64,000 nucleotides of DNA from an uncultured Candidatus Actinomarina sp. (lineage in GTDB: Bacteria > Actinomycetota > Acidimicrobiia > Actinomarinales > Actinomarinaceae): positions 3,525 to 67,524 of the forward strand of contig CACMQN010000007.1 of assembly GCA_902615855.1 (NCBI GenBank), written 5' to 3'. This document shows, in pieces, positions 1 to 11,722 of this stretch. Each line of letters opens with the position of its first letter. The stretch's first letter is position 1. A model generated the notes under the pieces. The model had not been told where the DNA came from and searched no databases. It was given only the letters and a program-made list of their open reading frames with translations. Position numbers and translations under genes: made by a program.

Positions 1-12
1 TCTTGGAACTTG

Positions 13-40
13 GGAAGTAAACTAAAGACTTCCAAATTTT
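13..40. terminator. Candidate hairpin terminator (6-bp stem GGAAGT/ACTTCC, 9-nt loop, then AAATTTTT on the + strand)
   Basis: The inverted repeat is directly visible just past the kinase stop codon. The T-run is on the + strand only, so it may terminate a convergent gene outside the window. Confidence 0.3.
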
Positions 41-48
41 TAAATACT

Positions 49-735
49 CTATTCAAACTTAATAGTAAAAGTAGTACCTGAGCCTAAAACACTATCGAGT
101 TCTATCAATCCACCATTACGATCTACAGCATGTTTTACTATAGATAAGCCAATTCCTGTACCACCAAGTGACCTAGATCTTCCTTTATCGACTCTATAAA
201 ACCTCTCAAAGACCCTTTCATGATCTGAAGTTGCAATCCCTCTACCCTTATCAACAACACTCAAAACAATACTCGACTTGTCTTTAAATAAATTTACATT
301 TATTTCCTTATCTAATTCTGAGTAATTACAAGCATTCCTCAATAGATTTCTAATTATCATCGAAAAGTCATTAGGATCAATCAAAAATTCAATGTCTTCA
401 GATTCAAAAACTACTCGATTTTTATTTTCATCAGATAAAAATCCAATTTCAGCATCAATGATTGATTTCAAATTTACAAGTTCTTTTTCTGGATTATTGA
501 CTTCAAGTTGTGAAAGGTCCAAAAGATCTGAAAGTAAGAGTGTCATTCTTTGACTATCTTGTAAAATTTGAGTCATAAATCTTTTGGCATCTTCAATTTC
601 AGAATTTTCTAATGCTGAAATAGCTGTCTCTACAGCTAATTGAATAGAAGTAACAGGTGTCTTGAGTTCATGTGAAGCATTGGCAATGAACTCTTGTTTT
701 AGCTTGTCGATATCTTGATTATTTTTATCCATCAT
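49..735 (-). CDS. Sensor-less histidine kinase (DHp + HATPase_c only), last gene of the phosphate module
   Basis: The H-box 'ASHELKTPVTSI' starts about 20 aa from the N-terminus. ATPase boxes are 'DKGRGI' and 'GGTGIGLSIV'. There is no hydrophobic or PAS segment. The start overlaps the response regulator stop. Confidence 0.85.
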   Translation of the reverse strand: MMDKNNQDIDKLKQEFIANASHELKTPVTSIQLAVETAISALENSEIEDAKRFMTQILQDSQRMTLLLSDLLDLSQLEVNNPEKELVNLKSIIDAEIGFLSDENKNRVVFESEDIEFLIDPNDFSMIIRNLLRNACNYSELDKEINVNLFKDKSSIVLSVVDKGRGIATSDHERVFERFYRVDKGRSRSLGGTGIGLSIVKHAVDRNGGLIELDSVLGSGTTFTIKFE

Positions 736-1414
736 TTACTAACTTATAGCCAACTCCCCTAACAGTTATTAATCTTTTAGGTTTTTTTGGATCAACTTCA
801 ATTTTCTCTCTTATTCTTTGTATGTGCACATCAAGGGTTTTTGTATTTCCAATAAACGAATATCCCCATATTTCATCAAATATCTGTTCTCTTGACATTA
901 AATTTCCTTGATTTTCGCAAAATGCGTACAAAAGCTCAAACTCTCTTGGTGTTAAATCAATTTTATTATTGTCAACTTTTGCTTCGTATTTAGTTAAATT
1001 AATTTCAATATTCCCTGCTTTAAGGGACTTTTCCTTTGTTGAAGTTTGAGAAGTCGCACGTCTAAGAACCGCTCTAACTCTACTCATCAATTCACGGACT
1101 GAGAAAGGTTTGGTTACATAATCATCAGCGCCTAATTCTAATCCAGCTACCCTATCAGCTTCGCTGTCTTTAGCAGTCACCATAATAATTGGTACATCAG
1201 AACTTTTTCTAATAGATCTACATATATCAAGTCCAGAAATTTGTGGAAGCATTAAATCTAAAATAATTAAATCAAAAGACTCTTCACTAAAAATCTCTAA
1301 AGCAATGGGTCCTTCATCAACATGTGTGACAGAAAAACCTTCTTGTTTTAAATTGTAAATTACGGGTTCGGCAATGCTGTGTTCATCTTCAACTAATAAG
1401 ATTTTGCCTGACAT
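725..1414 (-). CDS. OmpR/PhoB-family response regulator (PhoP/RegX3-type)
   Basis: Receiver motifs are 'LLVEDE', 'DLIILDLMLP' and 'MVTAKDS'. The winged-helix C-terminus has 'LTPREFELL' and 'TVRGVGYKL'. It is translationally coupled to phoU and the kinase. Confidence 0.9.
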   Translation of the reverse strand: MSGKILLVEDEHSIAEPVIYNLKQEGFSVTHVDEGPIALEIFSEESFDLIILDLMLPQISGLDICRSIRKSSDVPIIMVTAKDSEADRVAGLELGADDYVTKPFSVRELMSRVRAVLRRATSQTSTKEKSLKAGNIEINLTKYEAKVDNNKIDLTPREFELLYAFCENQGNLMSREQIFDEIWGYSFIGNTKTLDVHIQRIREKIEVDPKKPKRLITVRGVGYKLVNDG

Positions 1415-2055
1415 TAAAATTCTTTAAATTCACCAGTCACTAAGAAGTGGGTTAATTCACAAATATCAACTGCGTGATCGCCACCTCTTTCTAATGTACG
1501 AATACAAGTGACAAGTCTAAATAATCCATTGAACAAATCTTCATTTCCAGCTATTTTTGGTGCTTCTTCAAGTATTGCGTTATAAAGTCTATTTACTTGA
1601 TTGTCTTTTTCGGCTGTTGATATAGCTAGGTCTTTATCTCGATTTTTTAAACTTTCCATTGCGGATGAAGCCATATCAATTACTAAATCCCCCATTTCTA
1701 CTACAGTTGCATGTATTGTCTCTGGTACTGGTGAATCGAAAATTTCTTGTGTTGTATTTCCAAGATAAACTGCCAAATCACCAAGGCGCTCTAAATGTAA
1801 ACTTGCCTGCAAAATAGAGGTAGAAAGTCTTAAGTCTGTTGCTACAAGTTGCTCTGTGGCCATGAGCTCAACCCAGTCTTGGTCAATTTTAAGGTAAGCA
1901 TCATCAATCTCATCGTCTTTTTCTATTGTTGCAATTGCTCTATTAACATCTTTATCTTCTAAAGCCCTAACGCCATCTACTAGAGAATCTAAAACAAGCC
2001 TGCCCATTAAATGTAGATCTGTTTCAAGGTTTTCGATCTTTTCTTGTAAACTCAT
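1414..2055 (-). CDS. phoU: Phosphate signalling regulator PhoU
   Basis: Two PhoU repeats carry '[11 protein letters not shown]' and '[11 protein letters not shown]'. It lies immediately after pstB. Confidence 0.9.
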   Translation of the reverse strand: MSLQEKIENLETDLHLMGRLVLDSLVDGVRALEDKDVNRAIATIEKDDEIDDAYLKIDQDWVELMATEQLVATDLRLSTSILQASLHLERLGDLAVYLGNTTQEIFDSPVPETIHATVVEMGDLVIDMASSAMESLKNRDKDLAISTAEKDNQVNRLYNAILEEAPKIAGNEDLFNGLFRLVTCIRTLERGGDHAVDICELTHFLVTGEFKEF

Positions 2056-2861
2056 CCGAACCTGCCTGATATATATTGTTCTGTTAACTCCTTATCAGGA
2101 GTAGTAAACATAACACTTGTTTCATTGAACTCAACTAATTCTCCAGTTCTTCTTTTTCCATCATCAGAGGTTTTCGTTGTAAAAAATGCACAGTAATCAG
2201 AAGATCTAGAGGCTTGTTGCATGTTGTGTGTGACAATAAGTATTGAGAATTCTTTCACAAGCTCTTGCATGAGGTCTTCTATTTTTTTTGTAGCCACAGG
2301 GTCTAATGCAGAGCAAGGCTCATCCATTAAAATTGTATCTGGCTCAACTGCAATTGTCCTGGCAATGCATAATCTTTGTTGTTGACCACCAGATAACTCT
2401 AAAGCATTTTTGTCTAAATCATCTTTTACTTCATCCCATAATGCTGCTTGAGTTAGTGCTTTCTCAACTCGATCGTCTATGTTGTCAGTCATGTTATTGA
2501 CTTTAAGTCCAAAGGTAATATTTTCTTTTATAGTTTTTGGGAATGGATTAGGTTTTTGAAAAACCATTCCAATTCTTCTTCTGACCTGAACTGGGTCAAC
2601 CATTTTGTCGTATAAATCAACTCCCTGATATGTTATTGTTCCATTAACTTTTGCACCTAATATAAGATCATTCATCCTGTTAAATGTTCTTATTAATGTG
2701 CTTTTTCCACAACCTGAGGGCCCAATAAAAGCGGTAATTTTGTTTTTAGTAATATCCATATTTACATTTTTGATTGCGACAAAGTCTCCGTAACTTACAG
2801 ATAGGTCTGTTACATTAAATACGCTTTCGTTATTGACCTGAACTGTTTCTTTAGTTTCCAC
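2052..2861 (-). CDS. pstB: Phosphate ABC transporter ATP-binding protein PstB
   Basis: Walker A 'GPSGCGKST', signature 'LSGGQQQRL', Walker B 'ILMDEP'. Operon context supports the call. Confidence 0.95.
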   Translation of the reverse strand: METKETVQVNNESVFNVTDLSVSYGDFVAIKNVNMDITKNKITAFIGPSGCGKSTLIRTFNRMNDLILGAKVNGTITYQGVDLYDKMVDPVQVRRRIGMVFQKPNPFPKTIKENITFGLKVNNMTDNIDDRVEKALTQAALWDEVKDDLDKNALELSGGQQQRLCIARTIAVEPDTILMDEPCSALDPVATKKIEDLMQELVKEFSILIVTHNMQQASRSSDYCAFFTTKTSDDGKRRTGELVEFNETSVMFTTPDKELTEQYISGRFG

Positions 2862-2885
2862 TATTTGTCTCTTTTATAAATATCA

Positions 2886-3833
2886 CTATAAATCCTTCTC
2901 ATATCTGTTTCTAATAAATATTGCTAATGAGTTCATGATTAATAATAAACCCAAAAGTAAGATGATTCCAGCTGAAGCAGTTTCCTTCCATTCAGCCTGA
3001 GGATATCCAATCCAGTTATAGACTTGGATTGGAATAGCAGTAAAACCACTTAAAGGGGTATCAGGAAAATAATTAACATAAGTCAAAGCACCCATAAAAA
3101 TTAATGGAGCAGTCTCTCCAATTGCTCTGGAGAGTCCGAGAACCATCCCGGTTACCATTCCTGGAATTGCAGAAGGAACAACCTGTCTAAAAACTGCCTG
3201 AAATTTAGTAGCTCCAAGCGCTAAAGCACCCTGACGTATTGTGTCTGGAACAGCTTTAAGAGCCTCTCTAGATGCCACAATGACAACTGGAAGAATCAGT
3301 AGGGTTAATGTTAAACCACCTGAAAGAACAGATCTCCCAAATCCAGCTAAACGTACAAACACTGCGAGCCCCAGTAGACCATAAATAACAGAAGGGACTC
3401 CTGCTAAGTTAGTTAAATTTAATTCAATAAACCTTGTTAATCTATTTTTTGGGGCAAATTCTTGAAGATATATTGCCGCTCCTGTACCAAAAGGAAATGT
3501 TACAGAAACAACTATTATCATAAGCCATACTGTCCCAGCAAAAGCAGGGCCGATACCAGCTCTATCTGGATATCGTGAGTCTAATGTTGTTAAAAAGTCT
3601 ACAGGATTATCAATTTGTATTTTTGTAATAAGGCCAACTTCGTAGTCTGATGTCAATCTTGTAGTCCCAGTTGAAAGAACATCATAGATTAAGGTCATCA
3701 AAGTTAAAATAGCAATCGTTACACAAATGTATAAAGTAAACAGGAATAAACTTTCTTTGATAGCATTTTCAGCTTTCTTGCCAGTTATAAGTGTTTCGTT
3801 ACTCATATTCTTTTCTGTACTTTCTAGCAACAT
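2886..3833 (-). CDS. pstA: Phosphate ABC transporter permease PstA
   Basis: Multi-pass permease with the EAA-type loop 'SRAIGETAPL'. Position is after pstC. Confidence 0.9.
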   Translation of the reverse strand: MLLESTEKNMSNETLITGKKAENAIKESLFLFTLYICVTIAILTLMTLIYDVLSTGTTRLTSDYEVGLITKIQIDNPVDFLTTLDSRYPDRAGIGPAFAGTVWLMIIVVSVTFPFGTGAAIYLQEFAPKNRLTRFIELNLTNLAGVPSVIYGLLGLAVFVRLAGFGRSVLSGGLTLTLLILPVVIVASREALKAVPDTIRQGALALGATKFQAVFRQVVPSAIPGMVTGMVLGLSRAIGETAPLIFMGALTYVNYFPDTPLSGFTAIPIQVYNWIGYPQAEWKETASAGIILLLGLLLIMNSLAIFIRNRYEKDL

Positions 3834-4728
3834 AATCAGAACCTATATTCAAAATAAAAGTCATAATAAATAAAGTTATACCAAGTGCAAATAAGGCATT
3901 ATAAGCCGTAGTGCCATGAGGTGTGTCACCAAGGGATACATTGACTATTGAAGAAGTTATCGTGTACATTGCACTTCTAGGATCTAAATTTAATTCAGGA
4001 TACTGCCCTCCTGCAATGGTCACAATCATTGTCTCGCCTATAGCCCTTGAAAAACCTAATATAAATGAAGCTATAATTCCTGACAGAGCTGCAGGAAACA
4101 TAATTTTAAGTGATGTAATTCTTCTAGTAGCACCAAGTGCTAATGACCCATTTCTCAAAGAATTTGGAACTGCATTGAGAGCATCATCAGAGATAGAGGC
4201 GACTGTAGGTATTATCATGATACCAACAGCGATACCTGCCGACAATGCATTAAACACTCCCGTACCTGGAATAAATCTCTGAATTATATTCGGAGTAATC
4301 CAATTAAGCGCGAAGTAACCAAATACTACGGTAGGAACACCTGCTAATACTTCTAAGACTGGTTTTATAACTTTTCTTGTTCTTTTTGTTGCAAATTCAG
4401 ATAAGTATATAGCTGAAAATAACCCTAGAGGAAAAGAAATAAGACAAGCAATGACAGCTATATAAAGAGTTGAGGAAATCAAAACAATAACACCATATTC
4501 GGGATTTTGGAAAGTAGGAGTCCATCTAGTTGCAGTAAAATACCCTTTAAAAGTTACTGCTGGATCCTGAAAAAAATTAATAGCTTCAGTCAATAATGTG
4601 AAAATAATTGATATGGATACAAGAATTGCTCCAAAAGCAGAGGCTGTAATAAATAATTTTACAATTTTTTCAATTGGACGAGTAATTGTTTTCGTAAGTT
4701 GGTTACGAAGGTTATTTACATTTTCCAT
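3799..4728 (-). CDS. pstC: Phosphate ABC transporter permease PstC
   Basis: Multi-pass permease with 'SRAIGETMIV'. Position is after pstS. Confidence 0.9.
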   Translation of the reverse strand: MENVNNLRNQLTKTITRPIEKIVKLFITASAFGAILVSISIIFTLLTEAINFFQDPAVTFKGYFTATRWTPTFQNPEYGVIVLISSTLYIAVIACLISFPLGLFSAIYLSEFATKRTRKVIKPVLEVLAGVPTVVFGYFALNWITPNIIQRFIPGTGVFNALSAGIAVGIMIIPTVASISDDALNAVPNSLRNGSLALGATRRITSLKIMFPAALSGIIASFILGFSRAIGETMIVTIAGGQYPELNLDPRSAMYTITSSIVNVSLGDTPHGTTAYNALFALGITLFIMTFILNIGSDYVARKYRKEYE

Positions 4729-4749
4729 AATTTGATATTTTTATTGTAG

Positions 4750-4777
4750 TTTGTGAGGGCAAATGTGCCCTCACAAA
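4750..4777 (-). promoter_or_regulatory. Perfect 12-bp stem / 4-nt loop hairpin between pstS and pstC
   Basis: TTTGTGAGGGCA-aatg-TGCCCTCACAAA. It is GC-rich relative to its surroundings. No U-run follows on the coding (minus) strand. Confidence 0.6.
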
Positions 4778-4800
4778 TTACTATTTTTTAATTAAAGTGA

Positions 4801-6651
4801 CTATCCCCTACTAAACGCTGACCATGACATAAGTGATGCCATTTTTTGTTCAGCTAACATAGGTACGTAACCTACTGCAGGTACAATTGCATCCATTGCT
4901 ACAAAGTAGAAATCGACGAATTCTCTAACTGCAGACATTCCTTTTGCAGACTCAGCTATATAGATGAAAAGTGGTCTTGCTAAGAAATAATTTCCTTCAA
5001 ATGCTGCTTCAGGTGGTTGACATCCATTACCAGCATCTACTTCAACAGCAGTAAGCTTGTCTTTGTTCTCCTCATAATATGCGAGTCCAAAGTATCCTAA
5101 ACCACCAGCTGATCCAGATACGCCGTTTACAAGAACGTTGTCATCTTCGGATGCAGTGTAGTCAGAACGACTACCACCATTATCTTCTGTTAACTCTTCA
5201 TTGAAGAAGTCAAAAGTTCCAGAGTCAGTACCAGGACCATAAAGGTCAAGTGCTACGTCTGGGAACCCTGCTCTTACTTGGCTCCAGTTTGTAATAGTGC
5301 TGTCTGCACCCCAAATTGAAGTAAGTTCTGCAGTTGTAAGACATGTAGCCCAGTCATTTGATGTTGGAACAACAACTGAAAGAGCATCAATACCTACTTG
5401 TACTTCTAAATAATTAACTCCGTTTTCTTCACATAATGCTTTCTCTTTATCTTTGATTGGACGAGAAGCATCTGAAATCATTGTTTCACCAGGACAGAAT
5501 TTCTTGAATCCTCCACCAGTTCCTGAAACACCAACAGATATGTTGACATTAGGATGCACTGCTGTGAACTCTTCTGCTACAGCCTGAGTGATTGGAAAGA
5601 CTGTTGATGAACCATCAATTAAGATTTCACCAGACAATGGTTTTCCTGTTACAACTTGCCAATACTCTAATTGTCTTGCAGCAGCGTCAGGCAACATTGG
5701 AATGTAGCCAACAGCTTCTACAATTGGATCTAATGAGTCAAAGTAAAAATCAACAAAAGCTTTGATCACTGGATCATTTGCTTTTGCATCATTTACATAT
5801 ATAAACAATGGTCTTGCTAGTCCGTATGTGCCTGAAAAGGCGCCTTCTGGGCCAACACATCCATCTCCAGCATCTACTTCAACAGCAGTAAGCTTATCTT
5901 TGTTCTCTTCATAATATGCGAGTCCAAAGTATCCTAAACCACCAGCTGATCCAGATACACCGTTTACAAGAACGTTGTCGTCTTCGGATGCAGTGTAGTC
6001 AGAACGGCTACCACCCAAGTCTTCAGTAATTTCTTCATTGAAGAAGTCAAAAGTTCCAGAGTCAGTACCAGGACCATAAAGGTCGATTTCTACATCTGGG
6101 AATGAACTTCTTACTTGATTCCAACTAGAAACTGTACTGTCTGCACCCCATATACTACCTAACTCTTCGGTTGTTAGACATGTAGCCCAGTCATTTGATG
6201 TTGGAACAACAACTGAAAGAGCATCTACACCAACTTGAAGTTCAGTGTATGTAGTACCATTTTCTGCACAGAGATCTCTCTCTTTGGCTTTGATAGGTCT
6301 TGAAGCATCAGATATATCTGTTTCTCCAGGACAAAATTTCTTGAATCCTCCACCAGTTCCTGAAACACCAACAGATATTTGTACATCTGGGTTAAGAGCT
6401 GTAAATTCTTCAGCTACAGCTTGTGTTATAGGGAACACAGTTGAAGATCCATCGACTAAGATTTCACCAGTTAAACCTGATGATCCATCAGAAGAAGGTG
6501 CAGCAGTTGTTTGAGTAGCTGACTCTTCTCCACCTGATTCTTCAGCTTCTTCAGCTTCATCAGCAGCATCGTCGCTACCGCCACCACAGGCAGCAAGGAC
6601 AAGTACCATCACAAGAAGCAAAGACCAGAATTTAGATTTTGATCTAATCAT
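4801..6651 (-). CDS. pstS: Tandem-domain phosphate-binding lipoprotein (two PstS/PhoT-family domains in one chain)
   Basis: Lipobox 'LVLAAC' is followed by an acidic linker. Two very similar halves follow (aa ~60-335 and ~339-616), each with '[17 protein letters not shown]', '[13 protein letters not shown]' and 'ISDASRPIK'. Confidence 0.9.
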   Translation of the reverse strand: MIRSKSKFWSLLLVMVLVLAACGGGSDDAADEAEEAEESGGEESATQTTAAPSSDGSSGLTGEILVDGSSTVFPITQAVAEEFTALNPDVQISVGVSGTGGGFKKFCPGETDISDASRPIKAKERDLCAENGTTYTELQVGVDALSVVVPTSNDWATCLTTEELGSIWGADSTVSSWNQVRSSFPDVEIDLYGPGTDSGTFDFFNEEITEDLGGSRSDYTASEDDNVLVNGVSGSAGGLGYFGLAYYEENKDKLTAVEVDAGDGCVGPEGAFSGTYGLARPLFIYVNDAKANDPVIKAFVDFYFDSLDPIVEAVGYIPMLPDAAARQLEYWQVVTGKPLSGEILIDGSSTVFPITQAVAEEFTAVHPNVNISVGVSGTGGGFKKFCPGETMISDASRPIKDKEKALCEENGVNYLEVQVGIDALSVVVPTSNDWATCLTTAELTSIWGADSTITNWSQVRAGFPDVALDLYGPGTDSGTFDFFNEELTEDNGGSRSDYTASEDDNVLVNGVSGSAGGLGYFGLAYYEENKDKLTAVEVDAGNGCQPPEAAFEGNYFLARPLFIYIAESAKGMSAVREFVDFYFVAMDAIVPAVGYVPMLAEQKMASLMSWSAFSRG

Positions 6652-6700
6652 GGATTTCCTTTCTTTAATTTAATTAAATTAACTGGTTCCAAGATATTCA

Positions 6701-6723
6701 TGACAGGTAAACGCAAAGTAAAC
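6701..6723 (-). promoter_or_regulatory. Candidate Pho box upstream of pstS (GTTTAC direct repeat at 11-nt spacing, then CTGTCAT)
   Basis: The minus strand reads GTTTACtttgcGTTTACCTGTCATgaat about 50-70 nt upstream of the pstS ATG. The 11-nt periodic direct repeat is typical of PhoB/PhoP sites. Confidence 0.4.
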
Positions 6724-6752
6724 AAAAAATATACGCTTAGTTAATGACTTTT

Positions 6753-7583
6753 TTAGATTAAATCTGTTTCTGAAGACCAAGACCCTCTATTGAAAGCAAG
6801 TATGTAGTTTTCATATCCTAAAAAATCTTTTTGAAATTCAACCGGTATATTGAAACCCCACCAATCATCTTTAAACTGACTTCGATGAGCTTTCATGGAA
6901 TTAATTTTATGTTCAATATATTTTGTTCCATCTATCTCAACATCAATATCCTCATTATCACTTCCGATAGGATTAAACGCATTAAACTCGTCTTCAGTTA
7001 ATATTCCAGCCTCATACATTTGAGTTCGTCTTGCTTGTATTCTAGATTTTGACCACGCATTAAAATAAAGTCTTTCTGGAATCCATACCTCTTCTCCATC
7101 TTTTAATGGAAACTTGTCGACATCACCAGCAGCAAAAAACGCAGCTGTTCCAACTCTATGTGTCTGAATATGATCAGGATGCCCATATCCCCCAAATGGA
7201 TCATAGGTTATTAAAACGTCAGGTTTATATTTTCTTATTTCTGTCACAAGCTTGCCCACAGGTCCAAAATAGTCTTGTCTCCAAAAACAATCAGGATCAT
7301 TGTTCTCCTCTGTGCCCATCATTCCAGAGTCTTTATATCCAAGCCATTCATATTCTTTTACACCTAGAGCATCTAAACTTTTTTCAAGTTCCTCTTTTCG
7401 CATTTCAGCCAATTTTGGAAATAACTCTTCTGGGTTTTCATAGTTATGAATTTCTCCAGCTGAACCATCAGTTGCTGTAACAACAACAACTCGATGACCT
7501 TCATCTGCATATTTAGCTAAGGTAACACCTGTTGATACGCTTTCATCGTCAGGATGTGCGTGAAAAGCAAGAATTGTTGCCAT
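6753..7583 (-). CDS. mca: LmbE/PIG-L family deacetylase, Mca/MshB type (mycothiol conjugate amidase-like)
   Basis: Motifs 'HAHPDDES', 'WLGYKDSGMMG' and 'GGYGHPDHIQTH'. The length fits Mca/MshB. Confidence 0.55.
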   Translation of the reverse strand: MATILAFHAHPDDESVSTGVTLAKYADEGHRVVVVTATDGSAGEIHNYENPEELFPKLAEMRKEELEKSLDALGVKEYEWLGYKDSGMMGTEENNDPDCFWRQDYFGPVGKLVTEIRKYKPDVLITYDPFGGYGHPDHIQTHRVGTAAFFAAGDVDKFPLKDGEEVWIPERLYFNAWSKSRIQARRTQMYEAGILTEDEFNAFNPIGSDNEDIDVEIDGTKYIEHKINSMKAHRSQFKDDWWGFNIPVEFQKDFLGYENYILAFNRGSWSSETDLI

Positions 7584-7900
7584 TATTCGTCTGAGGTAAA
7601 TGTCTTCTTTGCTAACTCTTGACCGAGTTCGATGGCTTTATCATGATCACCGTCAATTTTTTCAACTAACTCACCAAGAACAATTACTTTTTCACCAGTA
7701 ATTTGAAGTATTCCACCAGAAATTGCAAAAGACGTTCTCTGATTATCATGCTCTATAGTTAATCCACCTGGAACTAATGTAGCTACGGTTGGTTCATGGC
7801 CTTCTAATATACCAATCTCTCCGTTTGGAGTTCTTGATATGACCATTGTTGCATCCCCTGTAAAGCAACTCTCTTCAGGAGAAACGACCTCTACATACAT
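7583..7900 (-). CDS. atpC: F1 ATP synthase epsilon subunit (short, 105 aa)
   Basis: Position is after atpD. The N-terminal beta-sandwich pattern is 'VVSPE..F.G....V...T..GE.GIL.GH.P'. Confidence 0.9.
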   Translation of the reverse strand: MYVEVVSPEESCFTGDATMVISRTPNGEIGILEGHEPTVATLVPGGLTIEHDNQRTSFAISGGILQITGEKVIVLGELVEKIDGDHDKAIELGQELAKKTFTSDE

Positions 7901-9319
<1,419 letters not shown>

Positions 9320-9330
9320 TTAGTTTCTCC

Positions 9331-10200
9331 TTACCCGGCTAAAGCTTCCGCTCCACCAACAATTTCTGAAATCTCTGTTGTAATCTCAGCTTGTCTAGCT
9401 TGATTACTTTGTCTTGATAAAATCTTGATTAACTCTTCTGCGTTCTCGGTAGCAGCTTTCATCGCTCTCATTCGTGACGCATGCTCTGATGTTGAAGCAT
9501 TTAGTAATGAAGAGAAGATTGTTGCATTTGTATATTTTGGAATGATGTTGCTGAGAACCTGACTTGCTGAAGGTTCAAATGTATACCCACCAACTGACTC
9601 TATTTCTTTCGCTATCTGTTCTACTTCGAAAGGAAGTACTGTCTTATACAACGCCGTTTGAGTCATTGCAGATTTATATTCTGTGTAGACAATTTCAATT
9701 TGATTTGTTTTTCCATCATAGAATTCTTGTACAAGAGGTGTCATAATCTCTAGTGCATTCTCGAAATTTGGCTCATCAGTAATGCCCTCATAGTTTTGTT
9801 TAGGTTCAATATTTCTGTACTTAAAGTAACCATTTGCTTTTTTTCCAACGGTCACAATCTCAACTTTATTATTCAAGTTTTCATATTCAGCTTTTCTTAC
9901 CTCAGCAAGTTTTAAAATATTGGTGTTATATGCACCAGCAAGTCCTCGATCTGAAGTAATAACAACTAATGTTATTTTTTTTGTTCCTTCAACCGGTGGT
10001 GAACTTGGCATCTCTCCACTTCCTGTTAATTCCTCAACAATTTGTGAGAGTAGATTTGTGTAATTATTTGATGATGTAAGTCTTTGTTGTGCTTTTACGA
10101 TTCTTGAAGATGCAATAAGTTCCATTGCACGTGTTATTTTCTTAGTGGATTTAACACTCTTTATTCTTCTATTTATTATTCGTAATTCAGCACTTGCCAT
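9331..10200 (-). CDS. atpG: F1 ATP synthase gamma subunit
   Basis: N-terminus 'I..RI.SV.ST.KIT.AMELIA', C-terminus 'ITTEI.EIVGGAEAL', and operon position. Confidence 0.95.
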   Translation of the reverse strand: MASAELRIINRRIKSVKSTKKITRAMELIASSRIVKAQQRLTSSNNYTNLLSQIVEELTGSGEMPSSPPVEGTKKITLVVITSDRGLAGAYNTNILKLAEVRKAEYENLNNKVEIVTVGKKANGYFKYRNIEPKQNYEGITDEPNFENALEIMTPLVQEFYDGKTNQIEIVYTEYKSAMTQTALYKTVLPFEVEQIAKEIESVGGYTFEPSASQVLSNIIPKYTNATIFSSLLNASTSEHASRMRAMKAATENAEELIKILSRQSNQARQAEITTEISEIVGGAEALAG

Positions 10201-10203
10201 GGT

Positions 10204-11721
10204 TTATTCTTCTTTTTTCTCCAATGTACTTACAAAGGCTTCAACAGCTGTTTTTAATTCCTCTTCAGGTAATTCACCTGTTGTTTTTATTGAATTAATA
10301 ACATCTGAATGTCTTGTTTTAACAAAATCAATCAAATCTAATTCGGTTTGAGGGATGTCAGCAGGATCAACTACATCTAAAAATCCCTCTGTTACTGCAT
10401 AGAGTGAGATGACTTGCTCTTCCATTGGCACTGGTTGATATTGTGGCTGCTTTAATAATTCGACAACTCTTCTTCCTCTATCAAGCTGTGCTTGTGATGC
10501 AGCATCCAAGTCTGATCCAAACTCTGCAAAGGCCTCTAACTCTCTAAACTGTGCAAGGTTAATTCTTAAAGGTCCTGAAACTTTCTTCATAGCTTTAGTT
10601 TGTGCAGCACCACCCACCCTTGATACTGATGTACCTGGGTTTACAGCAGGTCTAACACCAGAATAAAAGAGTTCTGATTCCAAATAAATCTGTCCATCTG
10701 TAATGGAAATAACATTTGTTGGGATGAATGCCGATACGTCTCCAGCTTTTGTTTCTATGATTGGTAGTCCTGTAAGTGAACCGCCACCTAACTCTTCACT
10801 AACTTTTGCACAACGCTCTAATAGCCTTGAGTGAAGATAGAAAACGTCACCAGGATAAGCCTCTCTTCCAGGAGGTCTTCTTAGTAGAAGTGATATCTGA
10901 CGATATGCGATGGCTTGTTTTGATAGATCGTCAAAAACAATTAATCCATGCTCACCGTTATACATCCAATGTTGGCCAATTGCTGACCCAGCATAAGGAG
11001 CATACATCTGCAATGCAGCTGCAGCTGAGGCGGGTGCGTTTACAATTACTACTTTATCTAGAACACCCTCTTGCTCAAATCTCTCTACTACTTCTGCAAC
11101 AGTTGATGATTTTTGACCAATAGCAACATAGATACATTTAACATCTGTGTCTTTTTGATTGATTATTGTATCAACTGCAACAGCAGTTTTTCCAATCTGT
11201 CTATCACCAATAATTAATTCTCTTTGTCCACGACCAATTGGAATCATTGAGTCAATAGCTTTAATACCAGTTTGTAGTGGCTCCCCAACGGGTTGTCTTT
11301 CAACAACAGATGGGGCTTGAAGTTCTAATCGTCTTCGTTCAGTAAATTCAATAGGTCCTTTTCCATCAATTGGATTTCCTAGGGGATCAATAACTCTTCC
11401 TAAAAAGCCATCACCAACACCAATTGACAACACCTCTCCAGTTTGTTTTACAGGCATGCCCTCTTCTATGTGATTTGAGTCACCCATCAAAACAACACCG
11501 ATAGAATCCTCTTCAAGGTTAAGTGCTACTCCAACAAGTCCCCCTGGGAATTCAAGAAGCTCTGATGCCATAACATTTTCTAAGCCTTTAACTCTTGCTA
11601 CTCCATCAGCTACCGCAGAAACGTAACCAACAAGATCGTCTTTTACAGAATCCTGCCAATCACCTAGAGTCTCTTTTAATGAATCTGATATTTGTTTTGC
11701 ATCAATATTAAATTCGCTCAA
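10204..11721 (-). CDS. atpA: F1 ATP synthase alpha subunit
   Basis: P-loop '[10 protein letters not shown]' and conserved length. Confidence 0.98.
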   Translation of the reverse strand: MSEFNIDAKQISDSLKETLGDWQDSVKDDLVGYVSAVADGVARVKGLENVMASELLEFPGGLVGVALNLEEDSIGVVLMGDSNHIEEGMPVKQTGEVLSIGVGDGFLGRVIDPLGNPIDGKGPIEFTERRRLELQAPSVVERQPVGEPLQTGIKAIDSMIPIGRGQRELIIGDRQIGKTAVAVDTIINQKDTDVKCIYVAIGQKSSTVAEVVERFEQEGVLDKVVIVNAPASAAAALQMYAPYAGSAIGQHWMYNGEHGLIVFDDLSKQAIAYRQISLLLRRPPGREAYPGDVFYLHSRLLERCAKVSEELGGGSLTGLPIIETKAGDVSAFIPTNVISITDGQIYLESELFYSGVRPAVNPGTSVSRVGGAAQTKAMKKVSGPLRINLAQFRELEAFAEFGSDLDAASQAQLDRGRRVVELLKQPQYQPVPMEEQVISLYAVTEGFLDVVDPADIPQTELDLIDFVKTRHSDVINSIKTTGELPEEELKTAVEAFVSTLEKKEE

Positions 11722-11722
11722 T

